Made by a program: the position numbers and the translations under genes
The notes under the pieces: generated by a model
Databases searched by the model: none
What the model was told of the DNA's origin: nothing
What the model saw: the letters and a program-made list of their open reading frames with translations, nothing else
Shown: piece by piece, positions 1 to 10,206 of the stretch
How the letters are laid out: each line of letters begins with the position of its first letter
Numbering within the stretch: position 1 is the stretch's first letter
Origin: a virus
Taxonomy: Duplodnaviria; Caudoviricetes
Length of the DNA: 48,853 nt
Reading direction: 5' to 3' (one strand)
Virus record (IMG/VR): IMGVR_UViG_3300027265_000001
Span: 1 to 48,853 of that record

Positions 1-127
1 AGCTACGTTGCAGAGTGCCAGAACAGACATTCAGCAAACTAACACTTTTTTGAACGAATCTAACTCTCACCTTGGAGCAATAGAGAGTGCGGCGAACGTA
101 GTTGCTAACAAGGATATTGCTTCGGAT
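1..127. repeat. Terminal direct repeat, copy 1 (assembly circularisation overlap)
   Basis: 1-127 is identical to 48727-48853; 127 nt equals a common assembler k-mer length; the repeat lies inside a gene. Confidence 0.95.
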
Positions 128-379
128 GCTACTGCTTCATCCATCTATAATCTTTTGCCAGAAATTGTTAAAGAAGAATACAAATACCAGATGTATGCCG
201 GTCCGATTACCGAAGATGGATTTCTGTATATCTGTAAGATGATTCGTGGCGGTAGCTATTTTATCAAACGAAAAGTGCTAGCGACTGGACTATGGGAATA
301 TTACGAAGATGGAAGTGATGTTATTGGAGGATGGGCCGCCAGAGCGACTCACACCTATCACCAGTGGGGGAGTAACTAA
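8..379 (+). CDS. 3' part of the junction-spanning hypothetical virion protein
   Basis: Open frame continuous with the ATG at 48602; stop overlaps the next start (TAATG). Confidence 0.8.
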   Translation: MQSARTDIQQTNTFLNESNSHLGAIESAANVVANKDIASDATASSIYNLLPEIVKEEYKYQMYAGPITEDGFLYICKMIRGGSYFIKRKVLATGLWEYYEDGSDVIGGWAARATHTYHQWGSN

Positions 380-567
380 TGGTTGATTTAACTAAGTATG
401 CTTGGGTTTCTGAACACAACGGTATCTCATACTATCGTCACATTGATAATCCTAAAGATGAGATTCAAGTAAAAGATGGAAAGAAAACCAAGATGTCCAA
501 AAAACTGAGGTTACATCTCAAAGATGTTCGGCTAAAAAATCCTAAGAAAAACAGGAGCGTTAAATAA
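379..567 (+). CDS. Small basic hypothetical protein
   Basis: TAATG coupling at both ends. Confidence 0.65.
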   Translation: MVDLTKYAWVSEHNGISYYRHIDNPKDEIQVKDGKKTKMSKKLRLHLKDVRLKNPKKNRSVK

Positions 568-3500
568 TGGCCATTACAGCACCAGCTAATATACGATATG
601 TCGGCGGGTTTGTGGCAGGAACTAACGGCACTACTATTATTCGTGCCAATGCAGACCTTGCCAATGTCCGCGAAAATGATTGGGTTTGGAACGAAACAAG
701 GAACAAATACCAAAATATTATGAAAAAGGTCGTTGGGGCTACTAATACAACGCTTACTTTTGTATATGACATTCCGGGACAAGCGACTACCGACACAATG
801 ACGTTTATCCCATCAATCACGATAGACAGTTTTAAGTTTTCAGCAACCGCTACTGCGGGTAGTGCGACCACGATAAGCACTTCGGGATTAACTGCAAGTG
901 CTTATGTCGGCTATATCCTTTATATCAAATCTGGCACAGGGGCAGGTGCTTCTGCTGTCATTACTGCCAACACTACCACACTTATTACGGTAGAGGCATT
1001 TTATAAACCAAATACTTCAGGAACGCTTATAACCACGGTGACACCAGACAATACTTCGGTGTTCGGTATTGCTTATAACTATGCTGATATTGTTGCGGCA
1101 GTTCCGTCATTCGCTACTTGGGCAAATACTGTATCTGTAAAAACATTAAGGGTAACGAAGGGCATACATTTATTGCCGGGTGCTGGTCTTGCAGATGTCA
1201 AAAAGAACCTATCATTTGAAACTCCATACACAGGAATGATGACGAGGCAGACATCGTTCTACCAATCTGGTAAAATAACTAATTCCAAGACAGGTTTTGA
1301 TGGTGGGTATATCCACATGGAACACCCTGAAACGGTTGACTACAACCAAACGATAGAACTCCGTTGGGAGGGTAAATGCCACTTCTATGGCACATTTGTT
1401 CTCGGCCACAAGAGTTATAGTGATACGACCAACTCTGGTTTAAGGTGGAATACTTGGTTGCCAGGGAATACAACTTATACAGATTACACAATAAACTATG
1501 ATGGTATAGTCGTCCTAAACTCTGAGTTTAGGCGTATTACCTGCACAACTTGGTCTGGTGATATTTGGTTTGACGGGCAAAACTCACAAGCAAGAATAAA
1601 CATTTACCGCATACCGCCAGTATTCGCAAACACAAAGTGGACAGAGGCGAACCTAATTATCGCTGGTGGTCAGGCAGTGGTTATGGATGGCGATATTTTC
1701 GGTATGAAGTCAGTTGGTGAGGCACTATCTCCTGCGTTTTCACGACCTCTTTCCCCATACCAAACCACTCTTGCTAACGATTGCGTTTATCTGTGGAGAG
1801 CAAACCTTGGAAACTACGCCCTCACAAATTGTGTTGACTGGACATATTTGTCGGGTGGTTCACAAGGTAGGTTTGTAGTAGGCGGAACATTGAGATTCTC
1901 CACCAAAACATCAGCAGGTGCTAACCTCGGGACAGTAGCAGTTGGTCTGATAAAAACATCTGACGGAGTTGGTAAAATTGTCATAGGTAAGGCAGGTGCT
2001 AATCACGAACCGACCCTGAAGAGGTTCATTACAACTGACGCTAACGGTGCTTACGTTGGGCCCTATGGGACTGGTGAGGGTATTATGTTTTATCACTCAC
2101 TTCTTACATACGGTGGTTCTGCTTATGTTACGACTGTAACTGATCACTCTGGTTATACTTTGATTTTGAATAAATACGGTTATAAACAGCAGGTTCTTTC
2201 TCGCTCATACAATTATACTGATGATAACTCCGAGATCGGTTACATGACCGCTGATCCTTATTCTGTTGCTTCCTATGCTACTGCTATTGCTTATACTGGT
2301 ATAACGGTGACTCCGGGCACTAAAAACATCACGGTTTCTGGCACACGCACGATTCAAGAACTCTATGATTTCGTGAAAGCACGACTTGAATATGAGGCGA
2401 AAACTAACGATGTTCACTTTGTAGACCCATTGACGACTGCTGACGGAGTAAATTTTACTCTAGCCTCCGATTGGTCAATCACGATAAGTGGTTCGCTAAT
2501 CCAAACAACCAAAAAACTAATCTCTACTACCTTCACGGTTTCAACTGGCGGCGTATTTGAGGACAATACTGGTGCGATTTGGAATACCGCAGGAACTCTA
2601 TACTATGGTTCACACTTTTACCTTACAACCAAGGTAGCGGGAACTCCAACGAATAATATCCGAGTCGCCTTCCTTGACGCTACCAATACGAATAGGACCT
2701 ATAATACATCAAGAACTGCGGTCAATAATATCAACTCCGCAGGGGGCGGACTGGCTGAGGGTTATGCGGTTTGGAAAATCGCCACAACTACCTATACAGG
2801 TCACAAACTCTTGATCAGAGAGTATGAGTATCAACTGACCGACCTACCGACTACGGTGAACGGAACGCCGATAACCTCTGATGTGGGTGCTGTCGCTGAC
2901 GCATTTATTTCGGCAGTAGAGGCAACCGCAGGTGCTTATACAGGGATTGCAGTCAACTACCCAGCTCCTGCTGTAACTGTAACTGCTTCCCACACGATTC
3001 AGAAATTATATGACTTTATCAAATATAGCCACATTCAACCTGCTAACTATGATAAGGCTAACCTACCGCTAACAACTGGTAACGGTTCGGTATTCCAATT
3101 CTTCACAAACTGGAATTTGGTGGTAGGGGCGAGCGGTAATGTAACTGAAATCGCCAAAACCATTACATATACAGGAACTGGCGCTCTGACTACTTCGAGC
3201 GGTGGTATATTTGAGGATTCAACTTTGGCACAATGGGAAGCAAGTGGAACTGTTTATAAGGGTTCTCACTTCTACTCTAACGTTAAAGCAATTACAGGCG
3301 GTGCCAACATACAATCTGCTATCGTTGCCTACATCAATTCAACTGGCGTAGATGTGACCTATAACACTTCACGAGTAAATGGTGGAATCGCAACTGACGC
3401 TTCTGGCAACGCCGAGGGGTATGTGGTCTTTGCTATCGGGGCGACTGTAAACAACTCAATAAACCAGTATATAGGTGAATACAACTATCAATGGTCAACT

Positions 3501-4931
3501 ATCCCTAAAACGGTTTCAGGTTCGCCTATTGGTTCAAGTGGTTCATACGAAACCGTCCGTTTGGTTACTGACACACAAGTTACACTTACAAAAGCAAATG
3601 CCCTCGCAGTCGCAGGGATAACCGTAACTGGAGCTTCTACAAATATTGATCTATCTGACGAACTCCTGACTGCGGCATACGATAATCTAAAAGCACGACA
3701 AGCAACTGCATCCACGATTGAGGCCGGGGTAAAAGGTTATATCAACTTTTACTCTTATGGTTTGTTAATCGTAAAGGATGGAACAACCTACACCCTAAAA
3801 ACTGGATGGGAATATGACGCTTGGAATACATCAGAAACAGGCACATTCAGAGGAGGCCGCCTTTCATTTTCAACTCCAGGCACTTACTCGTTAAGTTTCT
3901 TTGATAACCAGCTTGACTTTGAAACCGTAGGAACTTACGACTTCCGTAATGCTACGATTAACGGAACAGTAGAACTGACCAACACTTCTGGCGGTGCGGT
4001 TACTGTTCAGCTCCACCCAGACCACCTATACACGAATACGGGCCCGACTATCACTGTCGAAGCATCTGTCGCTATTGTGATTTCAATCAATCCACTAAGG
4101 GCGGGAACGAGATTCCAGTTATATGATGTGACTAATGCTACTGAGTTAATGAACGAAATCTCTGATGAGCAACCAGAAGAATATAATTATACCTACTCAA
4201 CTCCTACTGTCATCCGACTACGGGTAATGTATAATGATGGGCTATCTTGTGATGAGTGGATAGAGGTAACCGGGTTAACAAGTGCCATCGGGCTCGCGTT
4301 CAATGTTACTCCGACTGCTGATCTTGTATATCAGGCTAATGGGGTCAACGGTTCCCTAGTAACCGAGTGTTCGATAAGCGGCACAACTATTAAGATTTAC
4401 CTCGATGACCCGGATGGCTTGACCTCTTGGCAGAGAATATATGCATGGTATCGTTACTATCTAGGAACTGAGGCTGGTATCCGTGAACAAAACGGGTCTT
4501 ATATCACGATGCCAACACAAACTTTGATTCAGTTTGATACCAATGTTCTAAAAATAAATAATCAAGATACCAGCCCTCTGATTATCTCAGGAGCAAATAT
4601 TATCACTGATTCAGGAGATATAAATGATGCCTTTGACTATGCAGGAAGTAATGGGTCTATAAACAACAATCCAGACATCGTTGTTCCGTTCGTATATGCA
4701 AGCGAGACGGTGAATGTTTGGAATGAACCACCTACGGTCAATCAAATCGCAGACCAAGTTTGGGATGAAGCCATTTCTGGGCATCTTGGGGCTGGTTCTA
4801 CGGGTGAATCACTGGACGCTGCCGGGGGGGCTTCGACTACTCCTCCGACTGTCGAGGAAATCAGAATCGAGATGGATGCTAACTCTACCATGCTACAACA
4901 AATAGACGGGAATATCGGAGGACTTTACTAA
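567..4931 (+). CDS. Large tail fibre/spike or receptor-binding virion protein with internal repeats
   Basis: 1454 aa, Thr/Gly/Ser-rich and beta-prone; about 220-aa repeated modules; C-terminal 'IADQVWDEAISGHLGAGSTGESL' motif typical of phage fibre-like proteins. Confidence 0.7.
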   Translation: MAITAPANIRYVGGFVAGTNGTTIIRANADLANVRENDWVWNETRNKYQNIMKKVVGATNTTLTFVYDIPGQATTDTMTFIPSITIDSFKFSATATAGSATTISTSGLTASAYVGYILYIKSGTGAGASAVITANTTTLITVEAFYKPNTSGTLITTVTPDNTSVFGIAYNYADIVAAVPSFATWANTVSVKTLRVTKGIHLLPGAGLADVKKNLSFETPYTGMMTRQTSFYQSGKITNSKTGFDGGYIHMEHPETVDYNQTIELRWEGKCHFYGTFVLGHKSYSDTTNSGLRWNTWLPGNTTYTDYTINYDGIVVLNSEFRRITCTTWSGDIWFDGQNSQARINIYRIPPVFANTKWTEANLIIAGGQAVVMDGDIFGMKSVGEALSPAFSRPLSPYQTTLANDCVYLWRANLGNYALTNCVDWTYLSGGSQGRFVVGGTLRFSTKTSAGANLGTVAVGLIKTSDGVGKIVIGKAGANHEPTLKRFITTDANGAYVGPYGTGEGIMFYHSLLTYGGSAYVTTVTDHSGYTLILNKYGYKQQVLSRSYNYTDDNSEIGYMTADPYSVASYATAIAYTGITVTPGTKNITVSGTRTIQELYDFVKARLEYEAKTNDVHFVDPLTTADGVNFTLASDWSITISGSLIQTTKKLISTTFTVSTGGVFEDNTGAIWNTAGTLYYGSHFYLTTKVAGTPTNNIRVAFLDATNTNRTYNTSRTAVNNINSAGGGLAEGYAVWKIATTTYTGHKLLIREYEYQLTDLPTTVNGTPITSDVGAVADAFISAVEATAGAYTGIAVNYPAPAVTVTASHTIQKLYDFIKYSHIQPANYDKANLPLTTGNGSVFQFFTNWNLVVGASGNVTEIAKTITYTGTGALTTSSGGIFEDSTLAQWEASGTVYKGSHFYSNVKAITGGANIQSAIVAYINSTGVDVTYNTSRVNGGIATDASGNAEGYVVFAIGATVNNSINQYIGEYNYQWSTIPKTVSGSPIGSSGSYETVRLVTDTQVTLTKANALAVAGITVTGASTNIDLSDELLTAAYDNLKARQATASTIEAGVKGYINFYSYGLLIVKDGTTYTLKTGWEYDAWNTSETGTFRGGRLSFSTPGTYSLSFFDNQLDFETVGTYDFRNATINGTVELTNTSGGAVTVQLHPDHLYTNTGPTITVEASVAIVISINPLRAGTRFQLYDVTNATELMNEISDEQPEEYNYTYSTPTVIRLRVMYNDGLSCDEWIEVTGLTSAIGLAFNVTPTADLVYQANGVNGSLVTECSISGTTIKIYLDDPDGLTSWQRIYAWYRYYLGTEAGIREQNGSYITMPTQTLIQFDTNVLKINNQDTSPLIISGANIITDSGDINDAFDYAGSNGSINNNPDIVVPFVYASETVNVWNEPPTVNQIADQVWDEAISGHLGAGSTGESLDAAGGASTTPPTVEEIRIEMDANSTMLQQIDGNIGGLY

Positions 4932-4932
4932 G

Positions 4933-5709
4933 ATGAATTGGCTGGCAGTAAAAGATAATGCTACGGGTCAGCTACAGGCTCAAATAAACGACTCTGTAGC
5001 TACCGTGACTCTAAAGAATACCCACGGCGCTAAGTTCCCCGTAGGCAACTTTATTGTCACTATCGGGCAAGAACACCTACTTGTCACTGAAAGGACGGGA
5101 GACGTGCTCTCTGTGGTCCGAGGATACGATGGAACGATGGCTTCAGAGCACGCAGCGGACTCCATTGTTGAATTAAGGTTCATTGCTAAGATTATTGATG
5201 ATATTACTGATGAGATCGATGCTGTTGAGTCGGATGCTTCAGCCCACTATGATGACGATACTATCCACCACCTGATGTCCGCAATCGCGAATGCTGTTTA
5301 CCCGGTTGGATCCGTGTATATCAACAAAACTGATAACCGTAACCCATCGGCAATATTAGGAGTAGGAACGTGGGTAGCTCTAGAAGGCGTAGCCGTGGTT
5401 GGTTACAAGTCTGGGGATGCTGACTTTGGAACTCCCGGAGCCGTGGTTGGTGTCAAGGCCGTAACACTTACAGGCGCTCAATCTGGAGTGCCAGTCCATA
5501 GCCACCAAATTAGAACAAAGAATGACGACTTCAACTTTACATCAGGAACCCTAGGTGTTGGTCCTACATTTGCCGATGCGAAGGACGGTATCAGCAGTTA
5601 TAATAACTTCTCTGGGATTGTTCTAGATAACGTGGCGGCTAATGCCGCTGCTGCCCACACTAATATTCAACCATCGGTTGTTTCTTATGTATGGGAAAGG
5701 ACTGCGTAG
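4933..5709 (+). CDS. Tail fibre/baseplate-like structural protein (T4 gp10 C-terminal-like)
   Basis: YPVGSVYI...NPSAILGVGTW and C-terminal HTNIQPSVVSYVWERTA motifs; N-terminal 'LSVVRGYDGT' domain. Confidence 0.7.
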   Translation: MNWLAVKDNATGQLQAQINDSVATVTLKNTHGAKFPVGNFIVTIGQEHLLVTERTGDVLSVVRGYDGTMASEHAADSIVELRFIAKIIDDITDEIDAVESDASAHYDDDTIHHLMSAIANAVYPVGSVYINKTDNRNPSAILGVGTWVALEGVAVVGYKSGDADFGTPGAVVGVKAVTLTGAQSGVPVHSHQIRTKNDDFNFTSGTLGVGPTFADAKDGISSYNNFSGIVLDNVAANAAAAHTNIQPSVVSYVWERTA

Positions 5710-5939
5710 TGTTTGGCGCATTCGCACTAGATTCGATGCCCTTTGACGGGTTTATTCGTATTGTTATTCCAGTCCAGAGTGCTGACTTCCCAGAAAGTAG
5801 TGAGATTCTCTTTCCAGAAGGGATGGTAGGATCAAAAGAAGAGTTTGTAAAAAGTAATATTGAAGAAGAAAAAGCTAAGCACGATATAAAAACTAAAATG
5901 ATAACGGCTGATATTTATTCGAATAAAGCGAGGATGTAA
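5709..5939 (+). CDS. Small structural hypothetical protein (probable GTG start at 5709, MFGAFALDSMPF)
   Basis: GTG overlaps the upstream TAG; TAATG coupling downstream. Confidence 0.55.
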   Translation: MFGAFALDSMPFDGFIRIVIPVQSADFPESSEILFPEGMVGSKEEFVKSNIEEEKAKHDIKTKMITADIYSNKARM

Positions 5940-7033
5940 TGGCTGAAGTCACTCTCACTTGTCGCTCAGTTCCATACATTGCGGCCGGTAAATGGTCTCG
6001 TTCGGGTGGAACCCAGAATGGGGCCTCAGCTGCCGAAGCTCTCTCGGCTCTCCAAACTTATGAGCCGGGCTCTTCTACTGGTTATATCTACAGAAAAGGC
6101 TCTACAGCGGGAGCTAATCAGGATGAACAAACTCTAGATGTGCTGATGTCTGATCCGGGAGTAAACGGGACTGTCACTGGAATACGAATAAATGCCATTA
6201 TCTCTGTTGGTAATACCAGTATGTCGGGTCACTATTGGGCGAACCTTTACAATAACCGCACGGGCGGTTGGGGGACTAGGGTAGACACGGCTACTAATTC
6301 ATGGGATGACATTCCATGGTCTCCGGGTGGGGCTGGTAACATCTGGGGTCTAGCGCTGAATGACCTAGATATTCATAATATCAAGGTCTCTCTTGGAGCT
6401 CATACTAATCCGGGAAGTGGTGGCTATACCTATGATACGGCTTACCAGTATCTCACCGTGACCGTATACTACACTCCTAGCTACACGAAGACTGCTTCTT
6501 GTGATGCTGCTCTTTGGAAACTTCAGAGCAAACTACTATCGATGGACGCTAAGTTGTGGAAGCAACAAGTGATGACGTGCTCAGCTGACGCCCTATTATT
6601 CAAACGCAAAACATTACTAGCTTCACTTGACGCCAAACTGTTCAGAGGTGGTATCTTAAATCTATCCATGGATGCCCTACTTTGGAAGCAGCAAATTAAA
6701 ACTGTTTCTATGGACGCTTTTCTAGTCATTCCAAAAATACTGAATTGTTCATTCGATGCTCTCCTCTATAAGACTCAGGTGAAAACTGTCTCTATGGACG
6801 CTTTTGTGGTTTGGACTAAGACGAAACTCACTGGGATGGACGCCTTACTCTGGAAGGCAGAGAAAGAGCGAATGCGTAATACCGTTACTACCAGAATAGT
6901 CCCGAATGTTGATGTTATTACTGAGAGGATAACGGCATCTTCTGACAATAAGGCACCGGCTACTGGAATTGAGCATAAGATAGGCGATAAACCATCTATA
7001 GCAATTGTTAATGACCCTAGAAAAATGGTATAA
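5939..7033 (+). CDS. Virion protein with a beta-rich N-domain and nine 14-aa S[MLCAF]DA.L repeats
   Basis: GAGGA RBS; tandem repeat visible in the translation. Confidence 0.7.
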   Translation: MAEVTLTCRSVPYIAAGKWSRSGGTQNGASAAEALSALQTYEPGSSTGYIYRKGSTAGANQDEQTLDVLMSDPGVNGTVTGIRINAIISVGNTSMSGHYWANLYNNRTGGWGTRVDTATNSWDDIPWSPGGAGNIWGLALNDLDIHNIKVSLGAHTNPGSGGYTYDTAYQYLTVTVYYTPSYTKTASCDAALWKLQSKLLSMDAKLWKQQVMTCSADALLFKRKTLLASLDAKLFRGGILNLSMDALLWKQQIKTVSMDAFLVIPKILNCSFDALLYKTQVKTVSMDAFVVWTKTKLTGMDALLWKAEKERMRNTVTTRIVPNVDVITERITASSDNKAPATGIEHKIGDKPSIAIVNDPRKMV

Positions 7034-7040
7034 TATATAG
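7021..7040 (+). promoter_or_regulatory. Recurrent extended -10 promoter AAAAATGGTATAATATATAG
   Basis: TGnTATAAT; near-identical copies at 11643, 18909 and 40156. Confidence 0.75.
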
Positions 7041-7053
7041 TAAAGGAGACTCC

Positions 7054-8124
7054 ATGATCCTAACAGCACGACATCCCGAATTAGACAATGAAAGGTCCTA
7101 TCTAGCTAGCGGAGTGCTAGCTCTAACCACATCTACCCCTCTGAAGAGCGCGGTAGGCATTGAAATAGGCGATTATGTAGTAATGGGCTATCCCGGTCGT
7201 GAAAAGACCGAGATCGTGCTTATTACGGGTAAGGCTAGTAATACTATTCAACATGCGGCCCTACAATTTAGTCACAATATTGATACTCCAATTACTATCA
7301 TCAAATATAATAAAGTTCGTTTTTATGAGTGTGAGACTGAAAATGGTGACTACACCTTAATCGCCACACTTGATATAGATATTGATGACCTTGAGACCAG
7401 ATACGAATACAATGCCGGTATCCCTACTAATTACTACAGAGCTGACTACCTAAATGTAGAGTCTGGTATCTACTCTGAACTATCTGATCCTTTAATCGGT
7501 TCAGGTTACACCAGTGCTTCAGTAGCTAAAATGATTGAGGCTGTCAGGGTTCTTGTCGGTCAGGTTCCATCAGATGATGAGATTATCGCAATGCTTAATC
7601 TAGCCGAAGCAGCTGTTTACGATTATCGTGATAAGTGGTATTTTGCTAAAGAGCGCAAAGTCTACACACTAGAAGCTGAGACCGGTCGCTATCCTTTGCC
7701 AGCTGATTTTAAGATGAGCTCACGCGAAGTTTACCATATTAAAAATGCGACTACTCTCGTTCAACTCGACCGTAGGGACTACAATGCTTATATGACAGAT
7801 TTCTACTTGGCCACTCCATCAGACGACCTTGGAATCTGGACCATCGATGAGGCTACTGAGGAAGTAGTCTTCAACCCTACCCCAGTGTTGGGTGTTGGGA
7901 CCGTAGAGTTCGGTTATTGGGCTGGTCCATCGATTCTCAAGGAATACACTGACATTACGAAGGTTCCTTCTACAAGGTTCCACGTTTTCTTCGCAGCATC
8001 AAAGATTGAAGCATCTAAAAAGAACACTGACCAGTCTAAACTATATTGGAATGAGTCTCAGGACGCACTAAGGAGTCTAGGTAACAAGCGATATAGCGGC
8101 AACCAGTCATTCGGAGTAGCTTAA
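7054..8124 (+). CDS. Head-tail adaptor (tail tubular protein A-like C-half) with an extra N-terminal domain
   Basis: AAGGAG RBS; 'YTLEAETGRYPLPADF...VVFNPTP' adaptor-like motifs; precedes the nozzle-like gene. Confidence 0.6.
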   Translation: MILTARHPELDNERSYLASGVLALTTSTPLKSAVGIEIGDYVVMGYPGREKTEIVLITGKASNTIQHAALQFSHNIDTPITIIKYNKVRFYECETENGDYTLIATLDIDIDDLETRYEYNAGIPTNYYRADYLNVESGIYSELSDPLIGSGYTSASVAKMIEAVRVLVGQVPSDDEIIAMLNLAEAAVYDYRDKWYFAKERKVYTLEAETGRYPLPADFKMSSREVYHIKNATTLVQLDRRDYNAYMTDFYLATPSDDLGIWTIDEATEEVVFNPTPVLGVGTVEFGYWAGPSILKEYTDITKVPSTRFHVFFAASKIEASKKNTDQSKLYWNESQDALRSLGNKRYSGNQSFGVA

Positions 8125-8126
8125 AC

Positions 8127-9995
8127 ATGGAAAGAGAATATCTCGTAAATACTGAGGGGATCAATCGAGCCGCTTCTAAGCACTCTATGAAGGCAGGTGA
8201 GCTTAAACATTCCACAAACACAGACTTTAAGTCAGTTGGTGTCCTTAAAAAGAAAAAAGGTAAGACACTCTTTTGGGATACAGGGGTTGACGGCCCAGTT
8301 CAGCAAATCAAGCAGATTGGCAGTAACATCTATGCTATTGTTGATGGCGAACTTCATTTGAAGGATACGGGAAAAATATCAGGAGCTTCTGTAATCCTAG
8401 ATACTGAGCCTCAGGTCGTTGATGACTATTTGTTGGTGGTTGACTCGACTAGGGCCGTAAAGTCCATCACAGGGGCTAATTACAACGTAGGCGTGAATGC
8501 TAAGGGGGCTCCAGTATGTGACTTCCTGAAGCTATCGAAAAATATTATGTATGCCTTCGATAAGACCCTGAATCGTGTTTACAAGTCATCTCCACAACTC
8601 AGGATTGTTGCTAAGGTTATTGGAGACCATCTAGCAGGGGCAATTACTATCAATGTGACTTCTACTAAATATATTCGAGTAGGAGACGTTCTTGAAGTCT
8701 ATTCACCAAAAGCCTCTACAATGAAGTATCTACTGACAGTAACAGCGATAACTTCGCTCACAACCTTTACCGTGGCGGCACTGGCGATGAATGGCGCTGT
8801 CTCAATGACTACAGGTTCAGGATTGAGCGACCTTTTAGTTACCAGCACGGCCTATACTGGCACTACTCGTAAGAAATACGAAGTAAAGGTTATTGTCGGC
8901 GGGGCGACTTCACCGAATACCTTCCAGTGGAGAGTTGACGGGGGCGCATGGTCAGCTACTACGAATATGGCGACTACAGATGTCACTCTAGAACTTGGTG
9001 TAAAAATCAAATGGGGAGCACTTACGGGCCACACAGTCGGCAATATCTGGGAGTTTTATGAGACACCGGGCGCTCTGACTAACCAAGATGAGCTATTTTA
9101 CCAGAATTACCACACTACCGATCAGGTGATGTGGAATATTGATGATAACTATGGTGACTTCTTCCTTGTTACAAATCCAGTAGGAGCGGCTGACCAGATG
9201 GGAACCTTGCTGATTGTCTGTGAGACCGAGACTCATCGTTATTCATCTCCATCTCTAGACCGTATCTGTGGATATGGGACCAGATCTCCTAAAACCATTC
9301 AGACGATGGGTAAAACAGTCCTATTCGCGAATGAGAAGAGTGTTATCACAATCGAGGGTAATGGCGGCTATCCAGTATCAAATAAGGTTGAGCCATACCT
9401 CCTAGGAATGGACCAAGCCAACATCCTTAATATGTGCGCTGGATCTGAAGAAGAGAGCGGTATCTACCGTGTCTTCATCGGAGATACCAGTGAAAAGAGC
9501 CTGACTGACGCTGAAATAATTATCGATACTAATAACTACAAATGCGATACCGCTTCCGGCCGTGAGGCTACCTGCTACGGCGAGCTTGTCTTAAATGGCT
9601 CCCGAGATATGTATATCGGTGATTCTACTGGCAAAATCTATAAGATCAATACCGGAACTAGCGATGATGGGCTAGAGATAGCTTGGCACGTTGAGACTAA
9701 AGACGAAGAGATGGGTAAACCTAAGAACTGGAAGCTATGGCAATACGTTGCCTTCAATACGCTTCCGGGGACTATCATCGATGTTTCTTGCTTAGTAGAT
9801 TCAGGGGATCCAATTCCTCTAGGACAAATCAGTGGGCAGGTAACGGCTTTCGACCTTACTAGAGTCCCTCGAGGCGTCACTATTTCATTCATTCTAGACG
9901 AAGTTTCTGCTGACGATTTCCCGGGTTTTGAGGGATACACCATTGTTGCAGAGGATGACGGGGAGGTAAAACAAGATGCCCGATTCGGAGCTTAA
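8127..9995 (+). CDS. Tail nozzle/stabilisation protein (P22 gp10 or tubular protein B-like)
   Basis: 622 aa with beta-propeller-like segments; position after the adaptor. Confidence 0.6.
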   Translation: MEREYLVNTEGINRAASKHSMKAGELKHSTNTDFKSVGVLKKKKGKTLFWDTGVDGPVQQIKQIGSNIYAIVDGELHLKDTGKISGASVILDTEPQVVDDYLLVVDSTRAVKSITGANYNVGVNAKGAPVCDFLKLSKNIMYAFDKTLNRVYKSSPQLRIVAKVIGDHLAGAITINVTSTKYIRVGDVLEVYSPKASTMKYLLTVTAITSLTTFTVAALAMNGAVSMTTGSGLSDLLVTSTAYTGTTRKKYEVKVIVGGATSPNTFQWRVDGGAWSATTNMATTDVTLELGVKIKWGALTGHTVGNIWEFYETPGALTNQDELFYQNYHTTDQVMWNIDDNYGDFFLVTNPVGAADQMGTLLIVCETETHRYSSPSLDRICGYGTRSPKTIQTMGKTVLFANEKSVITIEGNGGYPVSNKVEPYLLGMDQANILNMCAGSEEESGIYRVFIGDTSEKSLTDAEIIIDTNNYKCDTASGREATCYGELVLNGSRDMYIGDSTGKIYKINTGTSDDGLEIAWHVETKDEEMGKPKNWKLWQYVAFNTLPGTIIDVSCLVDSGDPIPLGQISGQVTAFDLTRVPRGVTISFILDEVSADDFPGFEGYTIVAEDDGEVKQDARFGA

Positions 9996-10206
9996 AACAT
10001 ACGAGGACTACGGTTACGACAATAAGATGATGAAGGGTGACCAACGTGGTGACACTTCTTTCAGTGTTGACTCATCACTCAACAATGCTGGGTTCGATGC
10101 CAGTGTCATGTCAGGTGGGGAAATCAGGGGAGATCTTATAATCACCTCTGGGAGACTGATTATTAAAGACGATTTGGGAGAGACAATAATCGGGAACCTT
10201 GAATAA
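9976..10206 (+). CDS. Small tail-associated hypothetical protein
   Basis: GGAGG RBS; overlaps neighbouring genes. Confidence 0.65.
   Translation: MPDSELKTYEDYGYDNKMMKGDQRGDTSFSVDSSLNNAGFDASVMSGGEIRGDLIITSGRLIIKDDLGETIIGNLE

Noticed and set aside
567-7033. Diversity-generating retroelement acting on fibre genes
   Set aside because: No reverse transcriptase and no template/variable repeat pair with adenine-specific mismatches noticed; the repeats are in-frame protein repeats
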